The notes: a model not told the origin generated them from the letters alone. DNA of 64,000 nucleotides from Chloroflexota bacterium (GCA_027623675.1 JAQBVF010000001.1:64001-128000), one strand, 5' to 3'. Counted from the first letter of the stretch, positions 1 through 11,339 are shown. Numbers and translations are program-made.

Positions 1-266
1 AGCGAAACCGGGATGCCGGCGGTCTCAAGTATGATCTGCTCGTAACGGCCAAAGAAATTCAGGCGGTCTTCGTCCGACCGCAGCGATAGTGAACGCTCTT
101 CATTCTCGCGGTTGAAAAATACGTCGGCCACGGCATAGCCACGGGTTATGTCGTCTTCATGGACGGTCAACCCAAGTTCGTGGCAAGCGGCCTGTTGTAT
201 CTCCTCCAACGGGGGCCAGAACTGGACCAGGGTGTTATAGAAATCGAAGGAGACCGCTTTGATCAT
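1..266 (-). CDS. HAD-family hydrolase, N-terminal part (runs off window start)
   Basis: Manual translation from ATG at 266 gives MIKAVSFDFYNTLVQFWPPLEEIQQ..., with HAD motif I (DxxxT). The frame is open to position 1. Confidence 0.8.
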   Translation of the reverse strand, partial: MIKAVSFDFYNTLVQFWPPLEEIQQAACHELGLTVHEDDITRGYAVADVFFNRENEERSLSLRSDEDRLNFFGRYEQIILETAGIPVS

Positions 267-521
267 CAGTCCGCCATTCTCAGGATAGTCCAGTAGATAC
301 AATGGATCGAGGCAATCTGGAGCGAGGGCATTCTAGCATACGCCAATGGTGATGGGAATCGATTTTGAACGTGGGGACCTGATATTACGGGCGGCCGTTT
401 ATAGCGATTTCCGGGGTTGGTTTCGAATCTCCAAGGGCGAACGCCTTGCGTGCGCCGTGCCTAATCGGTATGCTTGGGACACCGCCTGGGTGGGCGGTAT
501 TTCGCCGGATTGGAGTTGTGA

Positions 522-977
522 ATGATAGTCGCGGTCGGCGCAGACCACGCCGGTTTCGAGTTGAAGGGCGAGATGATTAGCTGGATGGAGTCGAACGGGC
601 ACCAGGTCAAGGACCTGGGCGCCTACGAGATGGACACCGACGACGATTATCCGGATTTCGCCGCAGCGGTTGCCGGTTCGGTATGCGCCGGCGAGGCCGA
701 AAGAGGTGTTGTCATCTGCGGCAGCGGGGTGGGCGCCAGCATCGCCGCCAACAAGGTGAAGGGCATCCGGGCCTGCCTCTGCCACGACACCTACACGGCC
801 CACCAGGGTGTGGAGCACGACGGCATGAACGTGGTGTGCATCGGCGGCCGGGTGATCGGGATCGAAACGGCCAAGGCCGTGTTGGAGTCATTCCTAGGCG
901 CCAGCTTCATGCCCGAGGAGCGGTTCCAGCGGCGGTTGGACAAGATCATTCAGTTAGAGCAGAACGGACTGGGCTAA
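522..977 (+). CDS. rpiB: Ribose-5-phosphate isomerase B
   Basis: GADHAG, DYPD, CGSGVG, AANKVKGIRA and RRLDKI motifs. Confidence 0.95.
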   Translation: MIVAVGADHAGFELKGEMISWMESNGHQVKDLGAYEMDTDDDYPDFAAAVAGSVCAGEAERGVVICGSGVGASIAANKVKGIRACLCHDTYTAHQGVEHDGMNVVCIGGRVIGIETAKAVLESFLGASFMPEERFQRRLDKIIQLEQNGLG

Positions 978-984
978 GGCCTCG

Positions 985-1785
985 CTACTGCCGGTCCAAT
1001 CGGGCCAGCAGCGCCAGCACCTGGGCCACCTCGGTGGGCGATTCCAGTTGGTGCAGGGCCAGGGTCTGTTCCCGGGGCCGCCCGATAAACACGGCCAACC
1101 CACCGGCTTCCTGCACCACGGCAAATCCTTCTTCATCCGTCTGGTCGTCGCCGAAGAACATGGTGAATGGGCTATCCCCGCCGTCACCCAGATCCCGGCG
1201 TATCTTCTGGATCGCCTTGCCCTTGCCCCAGTCCAGGTTGGGCCTGACCTCAACCACCTTTTTGCCCCGGGTGATCCGCATCATACCCGACTCCACATAC
1301 GGCGCGGCGATGGTCACAACCGTGCGGTCGACCTGATCTGCACTCGATTCGGCGGCGTTCCTGAAATGGACGCTAAGGGTCAGCCGCTTGTTGTCCACTT
1401 CCACACCTGGAACACCGGCCAACCCCTCCCGCAATAGACCGCTAACCTCGGCCACGGACGCCTCGAATGCCGCAGCCTCCGGATGGACAAAGTCCATCCC
1501 ACAGCCCGTCATCTCCAATCCGTGATTGCCGGCGTAGACCAGGCCGGGGATGCCCACCTTTTCGGCCACGTCGGCCATTTCCCGGCCCGAGACCACGCCA
1601 ACGGTGAACCGGTCCATGCCAGCCAGTTCGGCCAGCAGCCGGCGCGTGTCTTGGGGTAACAGCGCCATCTCAGGACGGGCAACAATGGGCGTGAGGGTGC
1701 CGTCATAGTCGAACAGCAGGAGAACGTGGGACGCAGCGGCCAGTTGCCGGGACACGCTGGGCCACACATTTAGCAGATGGGGCAT
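985..1785 (-). CDS. otsB: Trehalose-6-phosphate phosphatase
   Basis: FDYDGTL, VVSGR, AGNHGLE, GKKVVEVRP and GDDQTDE motifs; downstream of otsA. Confidence 0.93.
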   Translation of the reverse strand: MPHLLNVWPSVSRQLAAASHVLLLFDYDGTLTPIVARPEMALLPQDTRRLLAELAGMDRFTVGVVSGREMADVAEKVGIPGLVYAGNHGLEMTGCGMDFVHPEAAAFEASVAEVSGLLREGLAGVPGVEVDNKRLTLSVHFRNAAESSADQVDRTVVTIAAPYVESGMMRITRGKKVVEVRPNLDWGKGKAIQKIRRDLGDGGDSPFTMFFGDDQTDEEGFAVVQEAGGLAVFIGRPREQTLALHQLESPTEVAQVLALLARLDRQ

Positions 1786-1811
1786 GGAATCAGCCTACGG
1801 GGGTTGCCGGA

Positions 1812-3320
1812 CTAGAAGCTGCGGATGGGGCGTCGGGCCCGGCGCGTGCCCTGCATCATGTCCACGAAAAGCCTGGCGGCCCACTTGAAGATGTTGTTTT
1901 CTTCAACCACGTTGCGCATGCGGACCATCCGTTCCCGGCGCTCCTTGTGGGGCATTATCACGGCGTCCCGGATGGCGTCGGCGAAGTCGTCGGTGGCGTA
2001 GGGATTCACGATCAGGGCATCGGTCAACTCGCTGGCCGCCCCGGTGAAGGGACTCAGTATCAACACGCCGTCTTCATCGAACCGGCTGGCCACGTATTCC
2101 TTGGCCACCAGGTTCATCCCGTCGTGGAGCGAACTGACCACGCAGAAGCGGGCGATACGCCTTAGTGCGGCCAGAGTGACCGCGGATAGGTTGTCGGGCA
2201 GATAGATTATAGGCAGCCAATTTCCGGTGCCGAACCGGTCGTTAACCGCCTTTAACTCCTCGTCTATCTCGGCCGAGAGATGCTGATAGGCGTCGATCTT
2301 GGTGCGGCTCATCACGCCGGCCTGGACGAACACAACCTTGCCGATGTAGTCGGGGTACACCTCGAAGAACCGCCCGATCGCCCGGATGCGGTGGGGAATG
2401 CCCTTGGTGTAGTCGATGCGGTCGATGCCGAGACCGACGACTTTCCCTCCCAGGTCCATCTCCTCCATCACCCGGCCCATCTCATCGGTCACTTCCTGGC
2501 TCTGGGACTCCTGGGACACATGCTCGAAGTCGACGCTGATGGGGAAGGGCCGCACCAGTGTGGGCTCTTCATTCTGATAGACCACGTTGTATTCGTCGTG
2601 GACCCTAGCGCCAAGCACCCTGGCCGCCGCCTCCATGAAGTTGTTGCAGTGGTCGCCGATGTGGAAACCCAACAGGTCGTTGCCCAGCAGGCCGTCCAGC
2701 AGTTGGTCGCCCCAGGGGCAGATGCGGAATATCTCGTAGGTGGGCCAGGGGATGTGCCAGAATTGGCCGGTGATGATGGTGGGGTCGGCCTGCCTCAGCA
2801 TCCGGGGCAGCAGGGCCAGGTGATAGTCCTGGGTGAAAACCGCGGCGGGGCGGCCGTCCACCTCGTCTAAGACCTGCTTCGCGAAAACACTGTTCACCGA
2901 TTTGTACGTGTGCCAATCGGAGGTCTGGAAGGTTGGCTCGATGAACGCGTTGTGGCACAGCGGCCACAGTCCCTCATTGGAAAACCCGTTGTAATACCCC
3001 TGCTGTTCCTGCTGTGTCAGCCAGACCAGTCTCAGGGTGTAAGAGGGATCGTCGGAAGGAACTTGGATCCGGTTCTTTTCGTCCACGGCATAGAGGTCTC
3101 CCTCTCCGCCGCCATAGGCGACCCAGGTGCCGCCGCATTCCTGCATCAGTGGGTCTATGGCAGTGGTCAGCCCGCCGGCGGGAGATGCGATATGCATCTT
3201 CCCTTCGATAAGTTCATGGATGTATGGCTGGCGGTTGGATACGACGATTAACCGGTAGTCGCCAATCTCGCGGTGGACCAACCGCCGGAGTTTTTCACTG
3301 GTCCAAGTGGGTTCACTCAT
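1812..3320 (-). CDS. otsA: Trehalose-6-phosphate synthase (GT20)
   Basis: [31 protein letters not shown] and [10 protein letters not shown] motifs. Confidence 0.93.
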   Translation of the reverse strand: MSEPTWTSEKLRRLVHREIGDYRLIVVSNRQPYIHELIEGKMHIASPAGGLTTAIDPLMQECGGTWVAYGGGEGDLYAVDEKNRIQVPSDDPSYTLRLVWLTQQEQQGYYNGFSNEGLWPLCHNAFIEPTFQTSDWHTYKSVNSVFAKQVLDEVDGRPAAVFTQDYHLALLPRMLRQADPTIITGQFWHIPWPTYEIFRICPWGDQLLDGLLGNDLLGFHIGDHCNNFMEAAARVLGARVHDEYNVVYQNEEPTLVRPFPISVDFEHVSQESQSQEVTDEMGRVMEEMDLGGKVVGLGIDRIDYTKGIPHRIRAIGRFFEVYPDYIGKVVFVQAGVMSRTKIDAYQHLSAEIDEELKAVNDRFGTGNWLPIIYLPDNLSAVTLAALRRIARFCVVSSLHDGMNLVAKEYVASRFDEDGVLILSPFTGAASELTDALIVNPYATDDFADAIRDAVIMPHKERRERMVRMRNVVEENNIFKWAARLFVDMMQGTRRARRPIRSF

Positions 3321-3640
3321 TGCCCTACCCCATTTGCCCTTTATGTATGATGGATGCGCCGGGCCGGTTCTGCGGTTTCAGGGTTGCGTGGAACTCGGGG
3401 ACGCCTGAGGTTTGGCACTGGACTTTTCCCGGTGCCTAGCCGGAGTAACTCAGACTTATGACAAGCCAAATTCTTCCATATCAGGCGTCAAACGTCAAAC
3501 TGTCCAACCGTAAAAACCCGATCTCCGGTGGCTGTCCGGGGCAAATTGACAGAGCGCCCGCCGGTGAGTACGATAGCCCAATCCCGCGCCTGGCCGACCC
3601 GCCAGACGTGACCAATCAGATTGAGGTAAGAAGGGGCCCC

Positions 3641-4435
3641 ATGTTCGTACGCCGAGACCTGACCGACACAGTTCCAACTCCCTCCGGAAAGATGCATTTC
3701 GTTAAGAAGGGCAGCGGCTACCCGGTGGTATTGCTGCACCCTCTGGGGACATCCATCTGGACGTGGGAGGGCGTGATCGAATCCATCAGCCAGAATTACA
3801 CCTGCTACGCGTTCGACATGCTGGGGCACGGCAATTCCGACAAACCCACCAGAAAATTCAGCCTGCCGGATTACGCTCAGGCGCTTGACCACGCCTGTCA
3901 GGTGCTGAACATCCACCGGGCCCACGTGGTCGGCAACTCGGTGGGCGCGGTCCTGGCCGCCGAGACCGCCGCCAGCTTCCCGGACCGGGTCGACAAGTTG
4001 ACGCTGGTTGGCATGCCGGTTTGGAGTCCATTCACGGCCAAGGAGCGGTTGAAGGAGTCGGCCGGCCAATACGACGCCAAAGGGCTGCCCAAGCCGCGGA
4101 CCCTGAAAAGCCTGAAGGAAGCCACGACCTTCGCCAATCCCAAGCAGGAGTGGCTAGACGCCAACAACCAGAGCAGGGCCAAGGCCGGCATCTGGGTCAA
4201 GAACCTGATGGAAGCGCTGGCGAATTACGACGTTATGTCCCGGCTGCCCATGATCAAGGCTTCCTCCACCATGGTCATGTACGGCGAGGTCGACCGCCTG
4301 CGGGACGGCGCAGACCTGCTGCACAACAACATCATCAACGCCTCCAAAGTCATTCTGCCGGGCATCGGCCATATCCCCCAGGTGGAAGACCCGGAGGCGT
4401 TCTTGGGCGCGCTGATGCCCTTTCTTGACGCCTAG
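3641..4435 (+). CDS. Alpha/beta-fold hydrolase
   Basis: HPLG oxyanion region, DMLGHGNS, GNSVG nucleophile elbow and C-terminal GHIP. ATG 3641 follows a purine-rich RBS. Confidence 0.85.
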   Translation: MFVRRDLTDTVPTPSGKMHFVKKGSGYPVVLLHPLGTSIWTWEGVIESISQNYTCYAFDMLGHGNSDKPTRKFSLPDYAQALDHACQVLNIHRAHVVGNSVGAVLAAETAASFPDRVDKLTLVGMPVWSPFTAKERLKESAGQYDAKGLPKPRTLKSLKEATTFANPKQEWLDANNQSRAKAGIWVKNLMEALANYDVMSRLPMIKASSTMVMYGEVDRLRDGADLLHNNIINASKVILPGIGHIPQVEDPEAFLGALMPFLDA

Positions 4436-4491
4436 GGACGCATAAGCTCCCTGACCCGCACCACCATAGACCAACGTTTCCAGGAGACAGA

Positions 4492-5469
4492 TTGGCTTCC
4501 ACCACTAACCGGCTGCCCCTTAGGCTCATCGAAACGTTCCGCTCCGTGTTCTACACACCGATCTACGTCTCGGTGGCGGGCGGTTTCCTGGAGGCTCAAG
4601 GACTGGACGTCGATTTCAAGACCTGCCCATCCGAGTTCGCCCACCCGCTGAGCTGCCTGAACCGGGGCGGCGCGGACATCGCCCAAAGCGGCATCATGCG
4701 CTCGATAATCTCCTCGGATTGGGGGGCCGAAACGGTCCCCATGCACTTCGCCAAGATCAACTCCCGCGACGGGTTCTTCATCTTGGGCCGCACCGGCCCC
4801 GACGCCGTTCCAAACGCGGTTCCAAACGCCAAGGGGGAGGCCGCCTTCGACTGGGATCTGCTCCGGGGCGCCAAGCTGATTCCCGTGGGATTTTCCCCCA
4901 TGCCCTGGGCGTCGCTCCAGTTCGCGATGCGCCGCCACGGGGTCGAGCCGTCGGAGTTGGACCTGGTTACCGGTCTGGACCTTGACGGCGCCATGGCCGC
5001 TTTCCGAGCTGGCGAGGCCGAATACATCCACGTGCCCCAGCCCGCGGCGGAGCAGCTTCTGGACGACGGGTCGGGCCATCTGGCGGTTGCCTTGGGGCTG
5101 GAAAACGGACACCTGGCCTACAGTTCCTTCGCCGCGACCCACCATTTCCTGGAATCCCAGCCAGAGATCGTCCAAAGGTTCACCGTGGGATTCGCCAACG
5201 CCCTGGACTGGCTGGCGGCCCACGACGCCCCGGAGGTTGGGGAGGCGGTCGCCGGGTTCTTCCCTCAGGTGAATCCTGAGCTGATAGTGAAGTCGGTCGC
5301 CAGGCTGAAGGCCCAAGACAATTGGCCCACCGATCCCACCCTGGCCCAGCCCGAATACGAGAACCTGCACGACATACTGGTCGCCGCCGGCCTCGCGAAC
5401 GAGCGCCAGCCCTACACCAAGGTGGTCCGAACCGACATCGTTGAGACTGCCCTGGCTTCGCGCAGATAG
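4492..5469 (+). CDS. NMT1/THI5/SsuA-like substrate-binding protein, no obvious signal peptide
   Basis: RSVFYTPIYV..GGFLEAQGLDV N-terminus and a QPEIVQRFT motif typical of this family. Confidence 0.75.
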   Translation: MASTTNRLPLRLIETFRSVFYTPIYVSVAGGFLEAQGLDVDFKTCPSEFAHPLSCLNRGGADIAQSGIMRSIISSDWGAETVPMHFAKINSRDGFFILGRTGPDAVPNAVPNAKGEAAFDWDLLRGAKLIPVGFSPMPWASLQFAMRRHGVEPSELDLVTGLDLDGAMAAFRAGEAEYIHVPQPAAEQLLDDGSGHLAVALGLENGHLAYSSFAATHHFLESQPEIVQRFTVGFANALDWLAAHDAPEVGEAVAGFFPQVNPELIVKSVARLKAQDNWPTDPTLAQPEYENLHDILVAAGLANERQPYTKVVRTDIVETALASRR

Positions 5470-5599
5470 CTCCTTAGCGCGCCTGGGACACATCTACCTG
5501 GAGTGCCGGTTGCGTACTTAATGGTGTAAGATATCCTCAGGCAAACAGGCGGCTCGATTCTCCTAATAACGTCACAAATGCCGGACACGGAGGCGCTCT

Positions 5600-6613
5600 T
5601 TGACCACAATAGCGATCGTCGGCACGGGCTTGATCGGAACTTCCCTAGCCCTGGCCATCAAGAACTCGAATCTCCAAGTGGATCTCGTGGGCACCGACTA
5701 CGACAGCACTGCCCGTTCCGGCGCCCAAAAATCCGGGGCATTCAAGAGGGTAGAGGCCCGTCTCGCCAACGCCATCCGGGGCGCCGACGTTGTTGTGTTC
5801 GCCACCCCAGTCATGGCCATGCGCGAGATGATGGAATCGGCCGCCCCCGAGTTTGAAGACGGCTGCGTCGTGACCGACGTGGGCAGTTCCAAGCGCGTCG
5901 TGCTTGAGTGGGCCGACGAAGTGCTCCCGAAGACCGTCAGCTTCGTGGGGGGGCACCCCATGGCCGGCCGGGAAAAATCTGGTCCGCAGAACGCCGACGG
6001 CGAGATGTTCAAGAACCGGGCCTACTGCATCATCCCCAGCTCCACCGCCGACCGCGCCGCCGTTTCCTCCGTCACGACCATGGCCGAGGCCATCGGCGCC
6101 AAGCCATTCTACATCGGAGTGGAAGAACACGACAGCTTCGTCGCCGCAGCCAGCCATCTGCCTTTTATGATGTCGGTGGCGCTGATGGGGGTCACCTCCA
6201 AGAGTCCCAACTGGGATGACATCGGCCCCCTGGCATCCACCGGCTTTGGCGACCTCTCCCGCCTGGCATCGGGCGACCCCGTGATGCACCGCGACATCTG
6301 CGTGACCAACCCCGAACCCATCGTCGCCTGGATGGACGCCTACATCAAAGAACTCTACGACCTGCGCAACCTGCTGGCGGCTGAGGGCGGCCCCAGCCCC
6401 GAAGCGGTGGAGCAGGTGTTTGTCAACGCGATGGACGCCCGGGCCAGGTGGCAAGCGGGCATCTACTCCAAGGTTGACAATATCGCCGGGCCGGCCACCG
6501 AGATTCCATCATTTGCCGAGAGCATGGGCGAGATGTTCGTGGGCCGGCGCGGCATGGACGCCCAGAAGAAAATCTTTAGCGGCCTCAAGAATGACCCGGC
6601 CAACAAGGGCTAA
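5600..6613 (+). CDS. tyrA: Prephenate/arogenate dehydrogenase
   Basis: GTGLIGTS Rossmann motif, TDVGSSK, GGHPMAG, EEHD..VA..SHLP and RLASGDP; next to aroA. Confidence 0.9.
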   Translation: MTTIAIVGTGLIGTSLALAIKNSNLQVDLVGTDYDSTARSGAQKSGAFKRVEARLANAIRGADVVVFATPVMAMREMMESAAPEFEDGCVVTDVGSSKRVVLEWADEVLPKTVSFVGGHPMAGREKSGPQNADGEMFKNRAYCIIPSSTADRAAVSSVTTMAEAIGAKPFYIGVEEHDSFVAAASHLPFMMSVALMGVTSKSPNWDDIGPLASTGFGDLSRLASGDPVMHRDICVTNPEPIVAWMDAYIKELYDLRNLLAAEGGPSPEAVEQVFVNAMDARARWQAGIYSKVDNIAGPATEIPSFAESMGEMFVGRRGMDAQKKIFSGLKNDPANKG

Positions 6614-6673
6614 ACGCGTCCCGGCGGGCAACACCTTCAGCCGGCCCAAGCAGGCCGGCAATAAGGTCAGACC

Positions 6674-8014
6674 ATGAGCGCATCCTCGCTATCCAGCGCC
6701 ATTCCTCCGTCCAGCCCCACCCGCGCGATCAGAAGGGCCAGGTCCCTGGGCGGAGTGCTTTCCGTTCCCGGCGACAAGTCCATCTCCCACCGCTCCATGA
6801 TTCTGAACGCCATCGCCCAGGGAGACGCCCTGGTGCAGGGACTTTCCAGCGGCGAAGATGTGATGTCCACCATGCACTGCCTCCAGGCCATGGGTGTCAG
6901 CATCGAACCGGCAGGAGGCCCCGGCAGCTACACCGTTAAGGGACGCGGCCCCCAACTGGCAGAACCCTCCGACATCCTGGACGCCGGAAACAGCGGAACA
7001 TCCATGCGCCTTCTATCGGGCATACTGGCCGCCCAGCCCTTCATGTCGGTCATCACCGGGGACCGTTACCTGCGGGAACGGCCCATGCTGCGGATCGTCC
7101 AACCTCTGAAACAGATGGGCGCTCAGATCATGGGGCGCCGCGACGACTCGCTGGCGCCGCTGGTGGTCCGGGGCGGCAGCCTCAAGGGCATCGAATACGA
7201 CCTGCCCATGGCCAGCGCCCAGGTGAAATCGGCGATCATGCTGGCCGGTCTGTGCGCGCAGGGCGAGACAATCATCCACCAACCGGCCCTTTCCCGGGAC
7301 CACACCGAGCGCATGGTCTCGGCTATGGGCGGCCTGGTTGAGGAGAACGGGCTGGACCTGAGCATCCAACCGGCCATGCTGAACGCCGTGGACATCACCG
7401 TGCCCGGCGACATCAGCTCCGCCGCCTTCTGGATGGTCGCCGCACTCTGCCATTCCGATTCCCGGGTGCTCATCCGGGGGGTGGGCCTGAACCCCAGCCG
7501 CACCGGGATCGTTGACGTGCTCCAAGAGATGAGCTCCGGCGGCGGCATCGAATTGCTGGACCAGCGCGTCGAGGGCGGAGAACCGGTGGCCGACATACTC
7601 GTCACCCCAGCCGAACTGCACGGCGTGGAGATCGGGGGCGACATGATTCCGCGTCTGCTGGACGAGATACCGGTCCTGGCCGTGGCCGCATGTTTCGCCA
7701 GCGGCGACACCGTGGTCCGGGACGCCGCGGAGCTCCGGGTGAAGGAATCGGACCGCATCGCCACCACCGTGGAACAGCTCACCCGACTCGGCGCCGACAT
7801 CGAGGCCCGCGACGACGGCATGGTGATCCATGGCACCGGCAGGTTGACCGGGGCCGAGTGCGAGAGCCACGGCGACCACCGCTTGGCCATGTCGATGGCC
7901 ATTGCCGGTCTGCTGGCCGACGGCGAAACAACCGTTCATGGCGCGGCCGACGCCTCTGTGTCTTATCCACAGTTCTGGCAGGACCTGGACCTGCTGCTAG
8001 AAGACGTCAGGTAA
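6674..8014 (+). CDS. aroA: 3-phosphoshikimate 1-carboxyvinyltransferase (EPSP synthase)
   Basis: PGDKSISHR, GNSGT, SAQVKSA, RDHTE, ELRVKESDR and DHRLAM motifs. Confidence 0.97.
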   Translation: MSASSLSSAIPPSSPTRAIRRARSLGGVLSVPGDKSISHRSMILNAIAQGDALVQGLSSGEDVMSTMHCLQAMGVSIEPAGGPGSYTVKGRGPQLAEPSDILDAGNSGTSMRLLSGILAAQPFMSVITGDRYLRERPMLRIVQPLKQMGAQIMGRRDDSLAPLVVRGGSLKGIEYDLPMASAQVKSAIMLAGLCAQGETIIHQPALSRDHTERMVSAMGGLVEENGLDLSIQPAMLNAVDITVPGDISSAAFWMVAALCHSDSRVLIRGVGLNPSRTGIVDVLQEMSSGGGIELLDQRVEGGEPVADILVTPAELHGVEIGGDMIPRLLDEIPVLAVAACFASGDTVVRDAAELRVKESDRIATTVEQLTRLGADIEARDDGMVIHGTGRLTGAECESHGDHRLAMSMAIAGLLADGETTVHGAADASVSYPQFWQDLDLLLEDVR

Positions 8015-8019
8015 GCAGG

Positions 8020-8661
8020 GTGCCCGAAACGCCGCCACAGCGATCATCGAACCAAGAACCATCGAAAACGCCGCCGCTGCTGGTGGTGCTTTCCGGGCCG
8101 TCGGGGGTGGGCAAGGATGCCGCCCTGGCTGAACTTCGCAAGCTGGGCCGGCCCTGGCATTTCGTGGTCACCGCCACCACCCGGAACATCCGGCCCGGCG
8201 AGACCGACGGCAAAGACTACATCTTTCTGGACGAGCCAACCTTTCTCCGCATGAAGGACAACGGCGAATTCGTGGAGTGCGCCCAGGTCTACGGCCATTG
8301 GTACGGCGTACCCAAGAGCCAGGTGACCACCGGACTGGACGCGGGCAAGAACGTGATCTTGAAGATCGACGTCCAGGGCGCCGCCACGGTGCGTAAGATG
8401 GCCCCCGATGCCCTGTTCATCTTCATGGTCCCTCACTCGTTCCATGAGTTGGAGGACCGGCTTTCTCAGAGGATGACCGAGTCCACCCCCGAGATGGAGC
8501 TGCGCCTCGAGACCGCCGCCGAAGAGATGAAGCTGGCCGGCGAGTTCGATCACCAGGTCGTGAACCGGGAGGACCACCTGGACCAAGCGGTGGCTGAAAT
8601 CGACTCCATAATCGATTCCGAGCGGCGCCGCGATGGGCGAACTCCCTTGCGGCTGTTGTAG
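8020..8661 (+). CDS. gmk: Guanylate kinase
   Basis: LSGPSGVGK P-loop, TTR..RPGE.DG.DY and IDVQGA. GTG 8020 was chosen as start inside ORF 7690..8661. Confidence 0.92.
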   Translation: MPETPPQRSSNQEPSKTPPLLVVLSGPSGVGKDAALAELRKLGRPWHFVVTATTRNIRPGETDGKDYIFLDEPTFLRMKDNGEFVECAQVYGHWYGVPKSQVTTGLDAGKNVILKIDVQGAATVRKMAPDALFIFMVPHSFHELEDRLSQRMTESTPEMELRLETAAEEMKLAGEFDHQVVNREDHLDQAVAEIDSIIDSERRRDGRTPLRLL

Positions 8662-8742
8662 CCCTTGGTATAATTGCCTGAACTTCTCAGAAAAGGCGTT
8701 TCTTCCAAGACGTTCTTAACTAAGCCGTTTACTGGAGACCCC

Positions 8743-9651
8743 ATGGCCCAAGGCCCCGAAAAACTAGAGATCAGGCCCCGCCTGCCCGAATGGCTCAAGG
8801 TGAAGATGCCGGGCAGCCCGCGCTATCTTGAGTTGCAGAACCTGATGAAGGGCCAGCAACTGCACACGGTCTGCGAAGAGGCCCACTGCCCCAACATCGG
8901 CGAGTGTTGGGACCGGGGCACGGCCACATTCATGATTCTGGGCGACATCTGCACCCGGGCCTGCCGCTATTGCGCGGTGACCACGGGCCGCCCCAATGGC
9001 CTGGACCTGCAGGAGCCACGACGCTTGGCCGAGGTGGTCCGGACGATGGGTCTGCGCTACTGCGTGATCACGTCGGTCAACCGCGACGACCTGCCCGACG
9101 GCGGCGCCCATATCTTTGCCTCGTGCATCACCAAGATTAAAGAGACCAGCCCCGGCTGCCGGGTCGAGGTGCTGATACCCGATTTCGCCGGGTCCTGGCC
9201 CGCCCTGAAGAGGGTCATCGAATCCGGGCCGGCCGTCTTGAACCACAACATAGAGTCCACCGTGCGCATCTTCCCCAAGGTGCGGCCCAAGGGCGACTAC
9301 CAGCTTTCACTGGAGTTGCTGGCCAAGTCAAAGGACATCAACCCCGCCACGGTGACCAAGTCGGGCATCATAGTGGGCATGGGCGAGACCACGGATGAAG
9401 TCCTGGAAACCATGTCTGACTTGCGTAAGGTTGATTGCGACCTTTTGACCATCGGCCAGTACCTGCGCCCGTCCAGCAAGCACCTAGCCATCGACCGTTT
9501 CTACCGGCCCGAGGAATTTGAAGAACTACGGAAGGCCGGGGAGGCCATGGGCTTCAAGCACGTGGCATCGGGGCCTCTGGTGCGCAGTTCCTACCACGCC
9601 GATGAGCAGCACGACGCGGCGGCCGCCCGCTTGCCGGTTCAGCCGGTCTAA
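8743..9651 (+). CDS. lipA: Lipoyl synthase
   Basis: CEEAHCPNIGEC and CTRACRYC motifs plus RSSYHA; ATG 8743 follows GGAG. Confidence 0.97.
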   Translation: MAQGPEKLEIRPRLPEWLKVKMPGSPRYLELQNLMKGQQLHTVCEEAHCPNIGECWDRGTATFMILGDICTRACRYCAVTTGRPNGLDLQEPRRLAEVVRTMGLRYCVITSVNRDDLPDGGAHIFASCITKIKETSPGCRVEVLIPDFAGSWPALKRVIESGPAVLNHNIESTVRIFPKVRPKGDYQLSLELLAKSKDINPATVTKSGIIVGMGETTDEVLETMSDLRKVDCDLLTIGQYLRPSSKHLAIDRFYRPEEFEELRKAGEAMGFKHVASGPLVRSSYHADEQHDAAAARLPVQPV

Positions 9652-10670
9652 CCGGCCTGAGCTTTGACCTTGGGCGCCTCTCGGAGCACTCGCCAGTAGA
9701 GCGACACGCTCAGCCCCAGCGGCACCAGCTGGAATATGATGCGGAACAGCAGCGCCACGACCACGGCTTCTTCCAGCGGCATGCCCAGCAGGTGGTAGGT
9801 GCCGGCCATGGTGCCCTCTTGGATGCCGATCCCTCCCGGCACCATGGACATGACTCCCAATGCGATGCCGATGGCGAACCCGGTGACCACCACGCCAACC
9901 CCTACGTCTTGGACGCCAAGAGCCTCGAGACAGAACCACAACACCGCCAACTGGGCCACGCGGTCCACCAGTATCCAAGCCACCGTCACGCCTAAGGCGA
10001 CTGGCCTATTCCCCAGTGCGGCCAGTCCCCGGTCAAGGGTCTCCTCGTATAGCGTGATCGAAGGGCTGATGTCGATTCGGGCGATGCGGCGTGCTCCGAT
10101 TACGAACCAAGCCAGCACCCTGGAGCGCACCGGCCGGTAGAGGAAGACCACGGCCGTGATGGCAAAGGCCACTCCCAACACCGCCGTGCCGATGCCGACG
10201 ATCACGGCGATATGGGTGTCCAATGGGTGGGTCAGCAGCAGGTAGGTCAGGCCGCCGGGTATGAAAAGGAAGAATGCCAGACTCTGGAAGTAGCCGTGGA
10301 AGAGTGACGGGGCCACGCCCTGGCTGCGCCGGACGTTCCGCCGGGTGAGGAGCAGTATCCGCACCGAATGGCCGGCCAGGCCTCCAACCGAGGCGATCAT
10401 GGTCGATGACACCATGCCTATCTCGATCAGGTCGCGGATGGGCAGGCGGATACCGAACCAGCGGTTGACCAACGCGTAGCCGCAGGCCTCCGCCGCATAC
10501 GACAGGGCCGTTAACAACAGGGCCCCTGCGATCCACCGCCAGTCGGCATCCGCTAGCACCCGGCCTGCTTCATGCCAGTCCAGCGCCGTGACCAGGTAGA
10601 TGATCAGTCCCAGGATCGCGGCGGCCGCGACCGCTGCCGGACCGCTGAGACGCCGAAACGCCTGTGGCAT
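9648..10670 (-). CDS. Lysylphosphatidylglycerol synthase TM-domain / flippase-like membrane protein
   Basis: Multiple hydrophobic helices and a PGGIGIQE...LFR signature. Confidence 0.8.
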   Translation of the reverse strand: MPQAFRRLSGPAAVAAAAILGLIIYLVTALDWHEAGRVLADADWRWIAGALLLTALSYAAEACGYALVNRWFGIRLPIRDLIEIGMVSSTMIASVGGLAGHSVRILLLTRRNVRRSQGVAPSLFHGYFQSLAFFLFIPGGLTYLLLTHPLDTHIAVIVGIGTAVLGVAFAITAVVFLYRPVRSRVLAWFVIGARRIARIDISPSITLYEETLDRGLAALGNRPVALGVTVAWILVDRVAQLAVLWFCLEALGVQDVGVGVVVTGFAIGIALGVMSMVPGGIGIQEGTMAGTYHLLGMPLEEAVVVALLFRIIFQLVPLGLSVSLYWRVLREAPKVKAQAG

Positions 10671-10673
10671 CAG

Positions 10674-11339
10674 CTAGACCCTTCTCAGGTTAAGGCTGAC
10701 TCCCACGTCGCCGACGCGGTCCCATCGGAACTCAGGCTCGAGCGCCAACACCAGCTCCGGCTCCACCGACGCCCATAGCGCCGCTCCGCTCCTCGCCCCG
10801 GCCCGTTGGGCACACTCGATATCACGGTGGCTGTCCCCGACGTATAGGCATTCCTCGGGCGTCACTTCCAGCGACTCCATCACGTCTTGGAGTCCGGCCG
10901 GGTCGGGTTTGGGGCGCATGCCGTCTGTGATGAACAACGCCCGGTCGATGGACGGCGCCAGGTTGGAATATTCAAATTCTGGAACGCCGAAGTGCTGCCG
11001 CTTATCGGATAGGATGGCGGTCCGATAGCCGTTCGCCTTGAGCTGGTTGAGCAGCTCGGCGATGCCCGGATACAGGCGGCGCTCCTGCCAGACGGCGGCG
11101 TGGTAAAAGCCCAGGTAGGTTTCCATGACTCGTTCCTGGTCGCCGGGGAAGAACCAAGCAAGGTGCTCAAGGAACGGCCGCGAATACTCCCGGCCCACGT
11201 CGGCTTCAGCGGGGTGGGCATGACCCAGAACGTCGGCGGTCTGCTGCATCAGGCTGAGGTGGATATCCCAACTGTTCCACAGAGTCAGGTCCCAATCGAA
11301 CACCACCGCTTTCAACTGTATGTCGCCGTTGTCCCGCAC
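10674..11339 (-). CDS. HAD-family phosphatase
   Basis: FDWDLTL, KPDP and YVGDSHRD motifs. Confidence 0.88.
   Translation of the reverse strand: MRDNGDIQLKAVVFDWDLTLWNSWDIHLSLMQQTADVLGHAHPAEADVGREYSRPFLEHLAWFFPGDQERVMETYLGFYHAAVWQERRLYPGIAELLNQLKANGYRTAILSDKRQHFGVPEFEYSNLAPSIDRALFITDGMRPKPDPAGLQDVMESLEVTPEECLYVGDSHRDIECAQRAGARSGAALWASVEPELVLALEPEFRWDRVGDVGVSLNLRRV

Noticed and set aside
7690..8019. Long N-terminal extension on gmk
   Set aside because: It is an alternative-frame read-through of aroA with low-complexity Arg-rich translation.
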